A DNA stretch of 64,000 bases from Camelus ferus (Eukaryota). The stretch covers positions 9,426,001-9,490,000 of the forward strand of contig NC_045698.1 in the NCBI RefSeq assembly GCF_009834535.1, read 5' to 3'. The first letter of the stretch is position 1, and every line of letters starts with the position of its first letter. The translations under genes were made by a program, and so were the position numbers. Shown here in pieces: positions 1 through 11,191 of the stretch. The notes below the pieces were generated by a model, which saw only the letters and a program-made list of their open reading frames with translations, did not search any database and was not told where the DNA came from.

Positions 1-59
1 GTGGATGTTGTTCAAACAAAAAATATGACCAATCATCTCCTTGTACTAGATTTTGTTTT

Positions 60-355
60 TATCAGTTATATGTAAGTCTCAGTCTAGTCTTCCTTTCTTC
101 CAGATAACGTTTATTAAGAGACCCAGTCATAGCAGTACCCTCACCTTATGACAACATCCAATTCATAGCAAAACCCTACTTCCTTAAACCTTCTCAGTGA
201 TCATCTAACTCAAGCCCAAATCCTCCTAATACCTTTTCACTAAGACGCCCTACAGTTGCCCGTGGTGTGAGTTTTCCCTTGTTGAAGTTGTAATAAACCA
301 ACTTGTTCAATTACAGGTGTGTTCCTGGTGGTCTTTTAGCTAGAGGGCATTGACA
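60..355 (+). mobile_element. ERV1-class LTR, 3' part (MER67/MER31-like)
   Basis: AATAAA followed by the U5-like end 'caggtgtgttcctggtggtcttttagctagagggcattgaca' ending in CA; resembles recalled MER67/MER31-group LTR ends. Confidence 0.6.
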
Positions 356-1577
356 CAGCCATTACCCATCCAACTCACTGCTGCCTTTTTCCTCGCATGC
401 TAGGTGACATGCTGTTACTTTTAACATGCTAAAAATAGAAAATGTATAATCTTTTCACATTGAAACTTGGTTACAAAGCTTCCTCTCAAACCCACAAATT
501 GTTATAAGCTGTACAAGCAAGAGGTAAAATGAAAATATAAAACTAAATAATATTAGGGAGAAAAATGTCCACCTTTATCTAGGTTATTTCAAATACAGAT
601 CTAATGGGAGGCACACCTATAACCATCCATCACGATTGTCTCCTACATTTTTACTCTCAGGGTTCCTTGTGGATTTTTTGAAATCAATTACAGTTTTAGT
701 CACTGAAAAATGATCCCTTTCTAGGGAAACTTTATTGTCATGCTTGTGATATATATTTTTGCTGTTTTTCCTTGAGAACAGAAGAAAATTATTGTATATT
801 CTTTAATATGGAATGATTTATTTCTTCATTTCACTGACCAAAATAGTTTTGGATTGAAAGAATTATTTTGCATATTGCTATACCAGCCTCTAATAATTTA
901 TGTGCTTTTTATGCTGAACCAATTGATCAATTTATATATTTATTCTTTCATAATTTTTGTTTGCTTCTGAATTTACTCATGTAATGTCCAACATGATTCA
1001 TTGCTCATATTTTATAAATTGTCACTCCTTTGTGTGAATCTGAAAGGAGAGTGAGCGGGAAACATAATATTTTTCATGCCTAACAGACTTTGCTTTCTTT
1101 TCTGCATTTCCATATACTCCTACCTAAGCTTTGCTGGGCTGTAAACAAACCTTTGTGAAGTTTTGAACATATGTTGAAAAATTATCCTAAACTAACAATC
1201 GTGCATGTAGGCTTACTGAATTAGACAAACCACTCGTCTTGCTTACATATAATATCACATCAACAATTTTAAGTCAACCAGAAGTCAATAAAGCTGGTCC
1301 TTGAATCTTTGCATTTGTTATATCTTGGACAGAACCACAGACTTTGACACTATCCAGAATACAAGATTTAGCAGAATATTAGTAATTAAATTTAAACTAT
1401 GACTATCTATAAGGCAACAAAAATAAGTAGTTATAATCTTAGATTGTATTAGTTCCTAAGAATTATTCTGAATGTAATTGATGGTGTCCAGTTTCAGTGA
1501 GTTCATGTGGTTAATAGGAACAGAGGAAGTAGCAGTCTCGCCAACCAAACCTTGTATGTAATGTTACGGAACTCAAC

Positions 1578-2650
1578 AGATTCTTACTTTTTTGGAATCC
1601 GGGATCTTATACAATAATTTGGAAAATTATTGAGGACCACAAAGATCTCTTGATGATATATGTACCAATATTTGCTTAATTAAGTATTAAAGCTGAGAAT
1701 ACAAGTATTTTATTAATTCCATTTAAAAATACCAGTAATAATCCTATTACACATTAACAAAAATAACAAATCTATATATTCGAAAACAAAGAATATAGTG
1801 GGAAGAATAATATTTTTTGCATTTTTGCAAATCTCTTTAAAGCCTGGCAACCTACGTGGCTTTGGTTAGAGTAAATGAAGAAATACATACATATCTATTT
1901 GGCAAGAAAAAAATGTGAATAGTCATATAATTATGGATGTTCCTTTTGTTACCAAAATTCACAATGACTAGTTGCAATATAAAACTTGAAATCATATCAA
2001 TTAATTTTTCGCACTCTGCTTCATTATCTACTAGCGGCTTTAAAGTAGTGTGTTACGGTTTGTGTTTTTGTACCTTGAATAGATATTTTCCCATTGCCAG
2101 ATTTTGCTAGCACCATGCAGTGGCCATTTAGAAATTACCCATTCCTTCAGTTACACTGATCATCAAAATGTTAACACATTTCCTTATGCAATATCAAAAA
2201 TTGTACTTGTCAACATCGCTGGTAATCTCATCAGAAAAAGTCCTTAAACTTTCTGGAACTGATACTGATAAATATGCATTTAAAAAATTCTAATTCCCCT
2301 TAAAAGTTTAAGTTTTATCATTGGCCTCAAGTACCATCAGATATTTTCCTTGAAGTAACAGTCTTATGTTACACGTTTATGAGAAAACGTCTGCCAGGGA
2401 CTCAGGTCTGAATAACCATAGTTTGTTTATCAGTTGTTTTCTCAAGTGAAAAAGAGTTGTTCCAAGACAAGAGAATTTAGATCAGCTCACAATCACACAT
2501 GTGCTTTTTCTGGAGACAACCATCACATTTCAGTAGGCAGCAAACATGTTTTAAGTGTCCTTTCCATGTCATCATCCTGAATATTAAAAGGAGGAGTACT
2601 TGATAGAGAAGATACAATAAAACTTAAAATTCTGCATGTGAGATCTTCTT
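1578..2650. mobile_element. Charlie1-type hAT DNA transposon fragment
   Basis: 'aaaattattgaggaccacaaagatctct...gtattaaagctgagaa' and downstream sequence resemble the Charlie1 subterminal region. Confidence 0.75.
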
Positions 2651-2989
2651 CAACTGTGATGGGCAAAATTTTCCACTATTTCCTTCACATTTTTGTCTAT
2701 TTTTCTGTTGCATAGCACCCAGGCCTCTGTTATATAATCTACCAAGTATGTAAGTATAGTAATCACACAAGTGTTTACCTTCCTCATAAAATGCTAAATT
2801 TCTCAAGGTTTTAGATAATCATATTCATCTTTTTGTAAGTGACACTTAGCAAATCCTTTGTCAGATATTAGGGCTTTAGGCATGGAAGGAAACACAAATA
2901 ATTGTGCTTTCTGTAACAGCTTAATTAAATACCATGCAAGGCAGAATGAAGATCCTTTATTAAAGCCTACAGAAAACATAAGATGGGAG

Positions 2990-3555
2990 TGCATCAAAAA
3001 AAAATTAACAATAGCACCATATGATTCAGCAATTTCACTTCTGGATATATTTCCAAAAGAATTTAAATTAGGGAATCTTGGAGAAATAGCTAGTCTCCCA
3101 TCTTCCACCGCAGCATTATTCACAATAGCTGAGATAAGACAATAACCCAAATTTCCACTGACATTTGAATGGATAAAGAAAATGAGCTATATACATATAA
3201 TGGAATATTACCATTAAGCCTTGTAAAAGAAGGAAACCCTACCATTTCTGACATGAGTGAACCTGAAGAACATTATGCTGAGTGAAATAACCAAGTCACA
3301 GAAGGGCAGACAGTGCATGATCTCACTTATATGAGGAATATAAAAACGTTAAAAAAGTAGAGTCAAACGTTGGTTGCCAGGGGCTGGGAAGAGGGGGAGC
3401 TGAGAGTTGTTCAACAGGTTTAAAGTTTCACTTATGCAAAATTGGACAAGTTCTAGAGATCTGCTATAAATGCCTGTAGTTACCAACACAGTGTTTTGCA
3501 CTTAAAACTTAAAAAATTTGTTAAGAGGGTAGATCTCAAGTTAAGTATTCTTACC
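2990..3555 (+). mobile_element. Old L1 (L1MA-like) ORF2 C-terminus plus 3' UTR
   Basis: Translation KKLTIAPYDSAISLLDIFPKE matches the L1 ORF2 end (ELPYDPAIPLLGIYPKE); 3' UTR 'tttgttaagagggtagatctc'. Confidence 0.85.
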
Positions 3556-3572
3556 GTAAGAAGAAAGGACAA

Positions 3573-3574
<2 letters not shown>

Positions 3575-3606
<32 letters not shown>

Positions 3607-3623
3607 ACACACATACACACACA
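3575..3623. repeat. (CA)n microsatellite
   Basis: Directly visible. Confidence 0.95.
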
Positions 3624-3691
3624 TATATAGTTACCCTTACCATCATATTAAATAATGCAATGTACGTATTTTTAAAAAAAGAGAACAAAAA

Positions 3692-3923
3692 GAGATAGAC
3701 TAGGATTTCAAAATTGTAGAATAGATAAACAAGATTATACTGTATAGCACAGGGAAATATATACAAGATCTTATGGTAGCTTACAGAGAAAAAAAGTGAC
3801 CATGAATATATGTATGTTCATGTATAACTGAAAAATTGTGCTCTACACTGGAATTTGACACAACATTGTAAAATGATTATAAATTAATAAAAAAGTTTTA
3901 AAACATTAACTTCAAAAGAAAAA
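3692..3923 (+). mobile_element. Young 5'-truncated L1 3' end (camelid-type) with TSD
   Basis: 'tagaatagataaacaagattatactgtatagcacagggaaa...aataaa' plus A-tail; TSD aaaaaaagagaacaaaaa at 3674-3691 and 3924-3941. Confidence 0.9.
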
Positions 3924-3979
3924 AAAAAAAGAGAACAAAAATCATAAAGTCCACCAGAGAAAAAAGACTTATTCCCTGT

Positions 3980-4165
3980 TATCTGACTATTGGCAGACTT
4001 TTTGTTAGCAACAAAGATGCTGGAAAAGCATCTAATATTGAGGGGATTCTTCAAAATCCTGAGGGAAATAATCTATTAACCTAGAAGTTTATATGAAGAC
4101 AAGCTATGATTTAATAGTGAGGGCATAATAGTATTTTAAGATATACAACGACAAATGAGATTAAT
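3980..4165 (+). mobile_element. Old L1 ORF1 C-terminal fragment
   Basis: Degenerate match to IRLTADFS...IFKVL...PRILYPAKLSF (atctgactattggcagacttt...cctagaagtttatatgaagacaagctatgatt). Confidence 0.65.
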
Positions 4166-4204
4166 AGTTATCAGCAGTCGTTCTTCTCGATGTATTCCAT
4201 TCCC

Positions 4205-4345
4205 ATATAGGTCCCTTTTATTGAGAAATAAATTGAGTCATAAATGGGTAATGTCGTTTCCCCCAAATAATATAGCTATTAAGTGGCAAAGCAAGTATTT
4301 GAAGTCACATATTTTCCAGATGTGAAGTCTATGTATTTAACATAA
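4205..4345 (-). mobile_element. MIR SINE fragment
   Basis: Core-like 'aaattgagtcataaatggg...agctattaagtggcaaagcaagtatttgaa'. Confidence 0.6.
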
Positions 4346-6521
4346 CTAAAGGATCTATTAAAGGATGTTTATCAACAATAAGAAAAGTCAATTTGGAGGC
4401 AAGGCATTAAATGCAAGATGATCAGGCTGTCTTTGTGGAATGCTTCCACCTAATATATCATCTTGCTGTTAAAAATCTTTGTAACTGAATAGTATATTTT
4501 ACATCCCATTTTGATAAAATATATTGTGTATTTCCCACTGAACCTTTAGGGCTCTTGCTTAATCATATTCTATATGAAAATCTGTGAAAAGAGAGCTCTG
4601 GAAAATGGAAAGTAAAAGCTAGTCTTTTGAAGACATAAATAACTGTAATAAAACCTGGGCCCCCATCTGGCCAGTCTCTGCCTAGAGACACATTCAAAGG
4701 AAACACATCTTATCCTAGAACCTTTGAGGTATATTGTTCATCCACAACATAGTTTTCTTAAAAAAGGCCAGGCCAAGAGTTTTACCCATTTTAACAGGCA
4801 AAAATACTTCCAGAAATGTCCTCTGTACTTCATTGCTGTTTGATAGAAGAAAAATTTAAACATCTGTAAAGAAAGAAACAGACATAAAAGACTACACAAA
4901 ACAAGATATGGACAGAAAGAAACCCTGGTCCCTGATGATTTTTCTAGTTCTCAGAACCAGGCTGCAATGTGGTCTGGCTTCACTCTCCACCCCGGAGTTC
5001 CAGGACATGCTCGTGTAGCCTGTCCCATGGATAAATGGAGATTGGATGATTTGATCATTCATTTTAGAATAGTGACTCTGAGTATAGCCAAGCAATGGTA
5101 CAGTACCTGAAGGAATAAGTGAAGATCAAGAGACATTTGGAAAGGTTAGGGACAAGGTTGTTTGTGATATGAAAGACCCAATAGAAAAGAAAGGAGAGGC
5201 TGGTGGTACAGGAAAATGGTAACAGTTCAAATGAGCAGAGTCCTTAAAAAAAAAAGCCAGAGGCAAGGGAGTTGTTCTTTCAGGGAGGGACTTGCCTCTG
5301 TAAAAGAAGATATCAGGATGAAAAGAGAAGACAAATGCAAAGGTAGGACATACAGACATATTTTGATCTGACCAGGGGAAGTGGAAAGAGCTATTTCCTG
5401 GTAGCATCTGTATTCTCACTGAAACATGACATAAGTAATTGGCTGCAATACGGGGGCAGTAGGCTAGATGGATGGGTTGTTAGTTAGGAGAGGGAAAAAT
5501 AAATATAATAGTCATGATACAAATACTATACTATAGAAAGGGGAGACTGATATATGTTATTCTGACCTTCCATCAACTCAGACGAGATATACAGATTATT
5601 TTGTCAAAGTCATGACTTTTCCAGAAAACTTTTAAAAACTAGTTTCCTACTGTCAGTTGCCTAGTTGTTTCATAATTTCAGTAGTTTAAAATATTTCAGT
5701 TTGAAATGCATAGAAGTGCCGTGATGCTCACTGGGACAGAATCACCAGGCTCCGGAAAGAATGATACCAATCCATCACACTAACCTGGAAAAACAAAATA
5801 CTGAGTTTCAAATTCTAAAGCCAGGCCACCAAGTGAAAAAGAGGTTGAAGTCTTTAAATTGTACATGTTTCTTTTGTCTCACTTACCAAATACCTGAGGT
5901 GATTACGTATTTTTAGCTTAAATTTACACCATAATTACTTCAATCCTGGAACACATTGCCACTGTATAACTGTTAATACCCTACCAAAGAGAAGTTGGAG
6001 AAACATTTCTAGTAAAACATCTCTTTACGCAAGTTGGAGGAACCTATAATTTTCAGTGAGATGATTACATGAAGTCCTACCTATAATTTTATTTAATTGT
6101 ACCTTTTTACTTCATTTTCTCAACCTAGATTCCTTTCTTTTTTTTTCACCCTTGTCTCAAAAGGAAGACATTGAAACTATCTTCAGCAAAATGTTCAAGG
6201 ATATGTGCATAGTTAACTATTCTCAACTTGTGTCTAAGATTACAGTATTTCAAACTATTAACAGATAAGTTAAAACTCATTCCAGCAATTATTTTCCATA
6301 GTTACAAGTACAGAGAGGATGCCTTTTTTAACACGGACTATAAAAGTATTAGTCATGGGCTACATATAAGTAAAATTAGTAAGAATATATAATAATAATA
6401 AATAATATGCCATATGGCAACAAAAACAACCTTATATTGGCACATATAATTGGCAATAATAATGGACTTAAGCATAAAATTCAATTAGGAAACTTTTCAT
6501 TGTTATTGCTAAATAGATTGA

Positions 6522-6715
6522 ATGTGATCATTAAGAATGTGGATTCTGGAGCAATATTTCCCGAGTTCAAAATCCAGCTCTGCCAATCCTAACTATGTGA
6601 ACATCTCCAAGTTCTATACCTTCTCTGGCTTCTGGCTCCTATCGTGCAAAGTAAGAATACCACTGGTACCTACCTGATAGAGTTGATTGGGTGCTTAAAT
6701 AAGAAAGTACAGATA
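6522..6715 (+). mobile_element. MIR SINE interrupted by L1ME
   Basis: 'ttaagaatgtggattctggagc...gagttcaaaatccagctctgcca...tacctacctgatagagttg'. Confidence 0.75.
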
Positions 6716-7054
6716 TTGAGGACAAAAATGAGAATGAACAATCTATCTCTACCCACAATATGAATAAAGCTCAGAAATATAGTGTTGAGTAAAGAAATCC
6801 AAACTCTAAATAATACATGATGTTTGATTCTTTATATATAAGATGCAAGAACAAGCAACATTTAACTATGCTGTTAGAAACGGGAGTCCTGAATTGAAGG
6901 AGGCATGAGGTCGACCTCTGGAGTGCTGCAGGGGCTCTGTTCTTGAGCTGTGCATCTGTTACATGCATATATTCAGATAGCTGTATACTTATAATATGTT
7001 TACTTTCTGTATCTATATAATACTTCAATAAAAATTGTAGAAAATTTTTTTTAA
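6716..7054 (+). mobile_element. L1ME-like 3' end with 12-bp TSD
   Basis: L1ME 3' UTR motifs ending 'tacttcaataaaaa'; TSD aaagtacagata at 6704-6715 and 7055-7066. Confidence 0.8.
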
Positions 7055-7327
7055 AAAGTACAGATAAAAGATAAAAGCCAGTGGCTGGAAATTGTTATGA
7101 GCTGTAAGCTCCCTGTACAGGTTAGGTTTTTTTAATTAAATGTCTGTTTTATAGAAATATTACTGATAGTCTAGATGAAATCAATAAATAATTCACAGAT
7201 TTTTTTCATTTATATCTTCTAGTCCAAATAAAGGTAAAACTATAACTTCAGTCAAGTTAAAAACCTCAATATTTTTTCATCCTCAAAAATACTAGAGCTT
7301 TTGCTAAAGTCTGGCCAATATCTAGAT

Positions 7328-7546
7328 CAGGAAGTGGCACACTTTTTCTGCAGCTGGCCAGCTAGGTAATATTTTAGTCTTTGTGGGCCATACAGTTCTA
7401 TCTCAACTTCTCAACTCTGTCACTGTAGCATGAAAGCATATATGAACAACACCAAAAGTAGGCATGGCTGTGATCCCACAAAATTTTATTAATGAAAACA
7501 GACAGCTAGGCAGATTTGTCCCATGGGTGTAGTTTGCTGACCCTTC
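7328..7546 (+). mobile_element. MER58A (hAT-Charlie MITE)
   Basis: Near full-length match to recalled consensus (cagg...aatattttag.ctttgtgggccataca...gtagtttgctgaccc); imperfect 8-bp TSD atctagat / ctctaggt. Confidence 0.85.
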
Positions 7547-7601
7547 CTCTAGGTATTTGATAAAATGAAAACAGAGCTCTCAAATATTTTAACCCTATTT
7601 A

Positions 7602-7841
7602 TTTTTTTAACATTCTTTTATTGAGTAATAGTTATTTTACAATGTTGTGTCAAATTCTAGTGTAGAGCACAATTTTTCAGTCATACATGAACATACATAT
7701 ATTCATTGTTATATTTTTTTTTTCGCTATGAGCTACCACAAGATCATGTATATTTTTCCCTGTGGTATCCAGTATAATCTTGTTTATCTATTCTGCATTT
7801 TAAAATCTCAGTCTGTCCTTTCCCACCCCCTGCCCCCTTGG
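7602..7841 (-). mobile_element. Young 5'-truncated L1 3' end (camelid-type) with TSD
   Basis: Reverse complement of the 3692-3923 family; TSD atattttaaccctattta at 7584-7601 and 7842-7859. Confidence 0.9.
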
Positions 7842-8643
7842 ATATTTTAACCCTATTTAAACTTTCCTAGGGGAACTACTCAATTGAGCAATTTGAATAT
7901 CATGGATCTACTGTCTGTGAGTGTATGTATCCAAACCCTGAATTCTCTTTCAAATAAAATGAATATGAGTAACAGTCAGGAAGCCCAGTGTTTCTTGTTA
8001 TCAAGTACAAAGAGGAGATATGGCAGTTTACAAGACTTAAGAACTATGCTTGACTCACTAGTTAAACAAGGTTTGCACCACCACTGCACACATATAAAAT
8101 GATTACATTTTAAGAAATGTCTTCCCTAATATTACATTTGTGTAGTTGAGGAAAATATACATATAAAGTCAATGAAAATGACTAACTTTATGGGTAACAA
8201 ATCAAAACTAGTCCTGTGTGATCTAATCCAGTGGTGCTCAAAATGTGGCCCACGGCCCATAGCTAGTTACTGCAATGAATTAAGGTTAGAAATTGAGAGT
8301 AGTGTTGGGAAACATTTTATGGTAATTTGGAGGTTAATTTTAAGTCTAGAGTCTAATAAAAAAAATGCAGGCTTGTATTTTATATGTTATTTTAATTTTC
8401 AGTTTTCATCTGCAGTGCATTAGGAGGGAAAGATACTTGTATCAGAGAAAGTGTGAGAAGCACCCCCCACAGCAATAGTCCCCGGGCCTTTTATCTTTAT
8501 ACATATACTACCTTTCACATTTTAAAACCTATGTTGCACTATTACAACACAGTCAATTATGGGTTATTGATTAAGTGTCTCCTGTATGTTGAGAACCATA
8601 GAAAAGCATAAACATGATAAAGCAAGTCTAAAATCTGGTTGGA

Positions 8644-8861
8644 TTCTATAGAATAGATAAGCAAGTTTATACTGTACAGCACAGGGAAAAACATTCAAGA
8701 CCTTGTGGTAGCTCATGGTTTAAAAGAATGTGAAAATGAACATGTGTGTATTCATGTGTGACTGCAAAACTGTGCTCTACCCCAGAAATTGACACAACAT
8801 TGTAAACTGACTGTAACTCAATAAAAATAGATAGATAAATCAATCAATCAATCAATCAATC
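8644..8861 (+). mobile_element. 5'-truncated L1 3' end (camelid-type) with (AATC)n tail and TSD
   Basis: Same family as 3692-3923; TSD aatctggttgga at 8632-8643 and 8862-8873. Confidence 0.9.
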
Positions 8862-11011
8862 AATCTGGTTGGAAAAGTCAAAGATCAAGGCTACTGTTAG
8901 CAAAAATCAGATAACTTGCAGTGAGACCCTAATGGTGGGCTGTAGATGAATCACCATCACCAGAAACTGTTCAAAGTTTCCTCAGCATCCTGCTTTACTA
9001 TCTCTAGCCAACAAAGTTCACAGAAACTTAATTGCTTTGATGTTCATTTGCCACATCCTTTATTTAATCTAAACGGCTGTTCAAGCAGACATCAGGACTG
9101 TGGACACTTTAGCAAAATCCTTAATATTTGTGAAGCTTGTTTTCTTTCTTTTTTTTTTTTTTTTTTCAGCCTACCCACAGAACCATTATAGCAGCAGCCA
9201 TAGAAAAGCTGAGTTGAAGACTCCAAAATCATGTATAACTTTGAGATAAATAAAATGCGCTTTTGGAAACTTATGCCATGCCTCATAATAGACTTCACTT
9301 CACCTCATCAAATAATGGAACGAGAAAATGAAACCCTCTTCTTAACAACAATTTGGACTCAGTGAGATTGTATTAAATTAACTGCCCTAGGACAAAAAGA
9401 TACTTGTCTTCCCGCAGTAGATGGGAACCGACAGATCTAAGAGGGTAAGTGGAACTCTCTTATTGTTGATGCTTCATACCTCACAGCTTTCTCCTGAGGC
9501 CAAAGCCCCCTGGTGTCCTTTACCACACACACACACAAGACTGACATTTCTTCTAATCCATGAAAAAGCATGGACAGCATAGTGGCAATGAGGTCCCAAT
9601 GGTCCTTTAGCTACTTCGCGGCTTCTCTGTCAGTACCGGATCGTAGCTAAAATAGATGTTTAAGATTGGTTTCATATTTAAAACATTCTCATCTGTCAGC
9701 ATTCTCCTTGTTACAGCGATCATCACAGGGTCACATGTAAGCAACAGGAGACTTGAAAGTTTTTTTAATATGTGTGACATTATTTTAATTTAATCATCTT
9801 GCCCTGTCTTTCACTTAAGTTTGTTCCCAGTAAATTCTGAAGTCTGTTTTTCAGCAGCAAGAAAAGACACAATTGTACAATCATATGTGCCATTGATCAT
9901 GGATTTGGGTCTGTGCAACTCTGATTTTCCAGTACCCCTTTTCCTTTACTCAGTGATTTACATTCAACAATAGCTTTGTGAATTTAACATTGAAATGACT
10001 TAAGTATTAACTTGTAAGTTCTGTCTAGACTTTGACATTCATCCAAATGCTATACCTCTGAAAGTGATAAAATAAATGCAAAAAATAATAATATGATGAG
10101 TGTTTTTGACGTGGGTCATGGTGGAGGCACTATTATAGGAGGCATGGATTTAAGTAACATTGGCAAGAAACGCCAATGATATTCCTGAATCATTGTAAAG
10201 CTAAGTCATTTCTATCACAATTATCCTAGAATTTCATTATTACAACCCCTTAATCATTTAACTAGTGAGCAGTATAATCTAGCATAAGATCCTTAACTTA
10301 TTTAATTAACCGTCATATATTTACAAGTTTTATGCCAGGATCTTCCTTTGACACTTAGGTACCTTTTCGGAGCAAGAAGAATCAAACACATAAAAGGAAC
10401 TGACTGATAATTTGAACATTTACATAAATAGCATCCTGGTCAGAGGAAAAATTCTGAAGTCATCCTTGATCCCCTGTCCCTGTCCTTTGGCATTCCAGTT
10501 GTGAGGCTGGCTGCTGTCATCAGTAGGCTGTGAAAGTCCCTGTTTATCTGTGTGTTCCTTATATTGTGTGCAAAGCCTTGTTGGTATACAGTAGACATTA
10601 CATAAATGTTTGAATTAGTGAATCAATTCAAGCTTTCTATTTGGACTGGAATAGAAAAAAAAATCAAAGATTTTTAATAGCAAAGAAACAAGAAAACACA
10701 ATCTATTGTATTTTGGGGGTTTAGCTGAGACCAGTAAATGATAATGTTATGACTAAAGACTTGGAAGGAAAACTAAGAATGTAAATACTAGAGAGAACAG
10801 ACGAGAGAAATTTTATAAGACAGACAACCAGTCTAGAAGTATGACTATTTCCAAACTTTCCAGTAACAAATAAATAGGAGTTATTTTATGTAAAACTATT
10901 AACACTTCATAGAGATAAAGGGTTTAAGGCATTATATAATGTCTTATTTTAAGGAAGGACTTGTGGATTTGAACAAGAATTTGCTAGGATTTTATCCCTA
11001 ACAACCTCAAA

Positions 11012-11043
11012 CTGCCACCTGGTGGTGACTTCCCTGAATTGCA
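11012..11043 (-). promoter_or_regulatory. CTCF site (core plus upstream module)
   Basis: Minus strand reads TGCAATTCA-9nt-CCACCAGGTGGCAG. Confidence 0.7.
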
Positions 11044-11155
11044 GATGTTTGATCTGGGGTGCTCAGGGCTGTTTGTAAGGAACTGTGACCCAAATCCCAC
11101 CAATACAGAGCAATGGAGGTGACATGAGTTCTTGTGGTCCATAGGAGCACACCTC

Positions 11156-11191
11156 CATCACCACCACCACCACCACCACCACCACCACCAC
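11156..11191. repeat. (CAC)n trinucleotide repeat
   Basis: Directly visible. Confidence 0.95.

Noticed and set aside
9718..9737. Possible plus-strand 20-nt micro-exon (ttgttacag|...|gtaagc)
   Set aside because: Isolated, not frame-preserving, no partner exons; compatible with chance.
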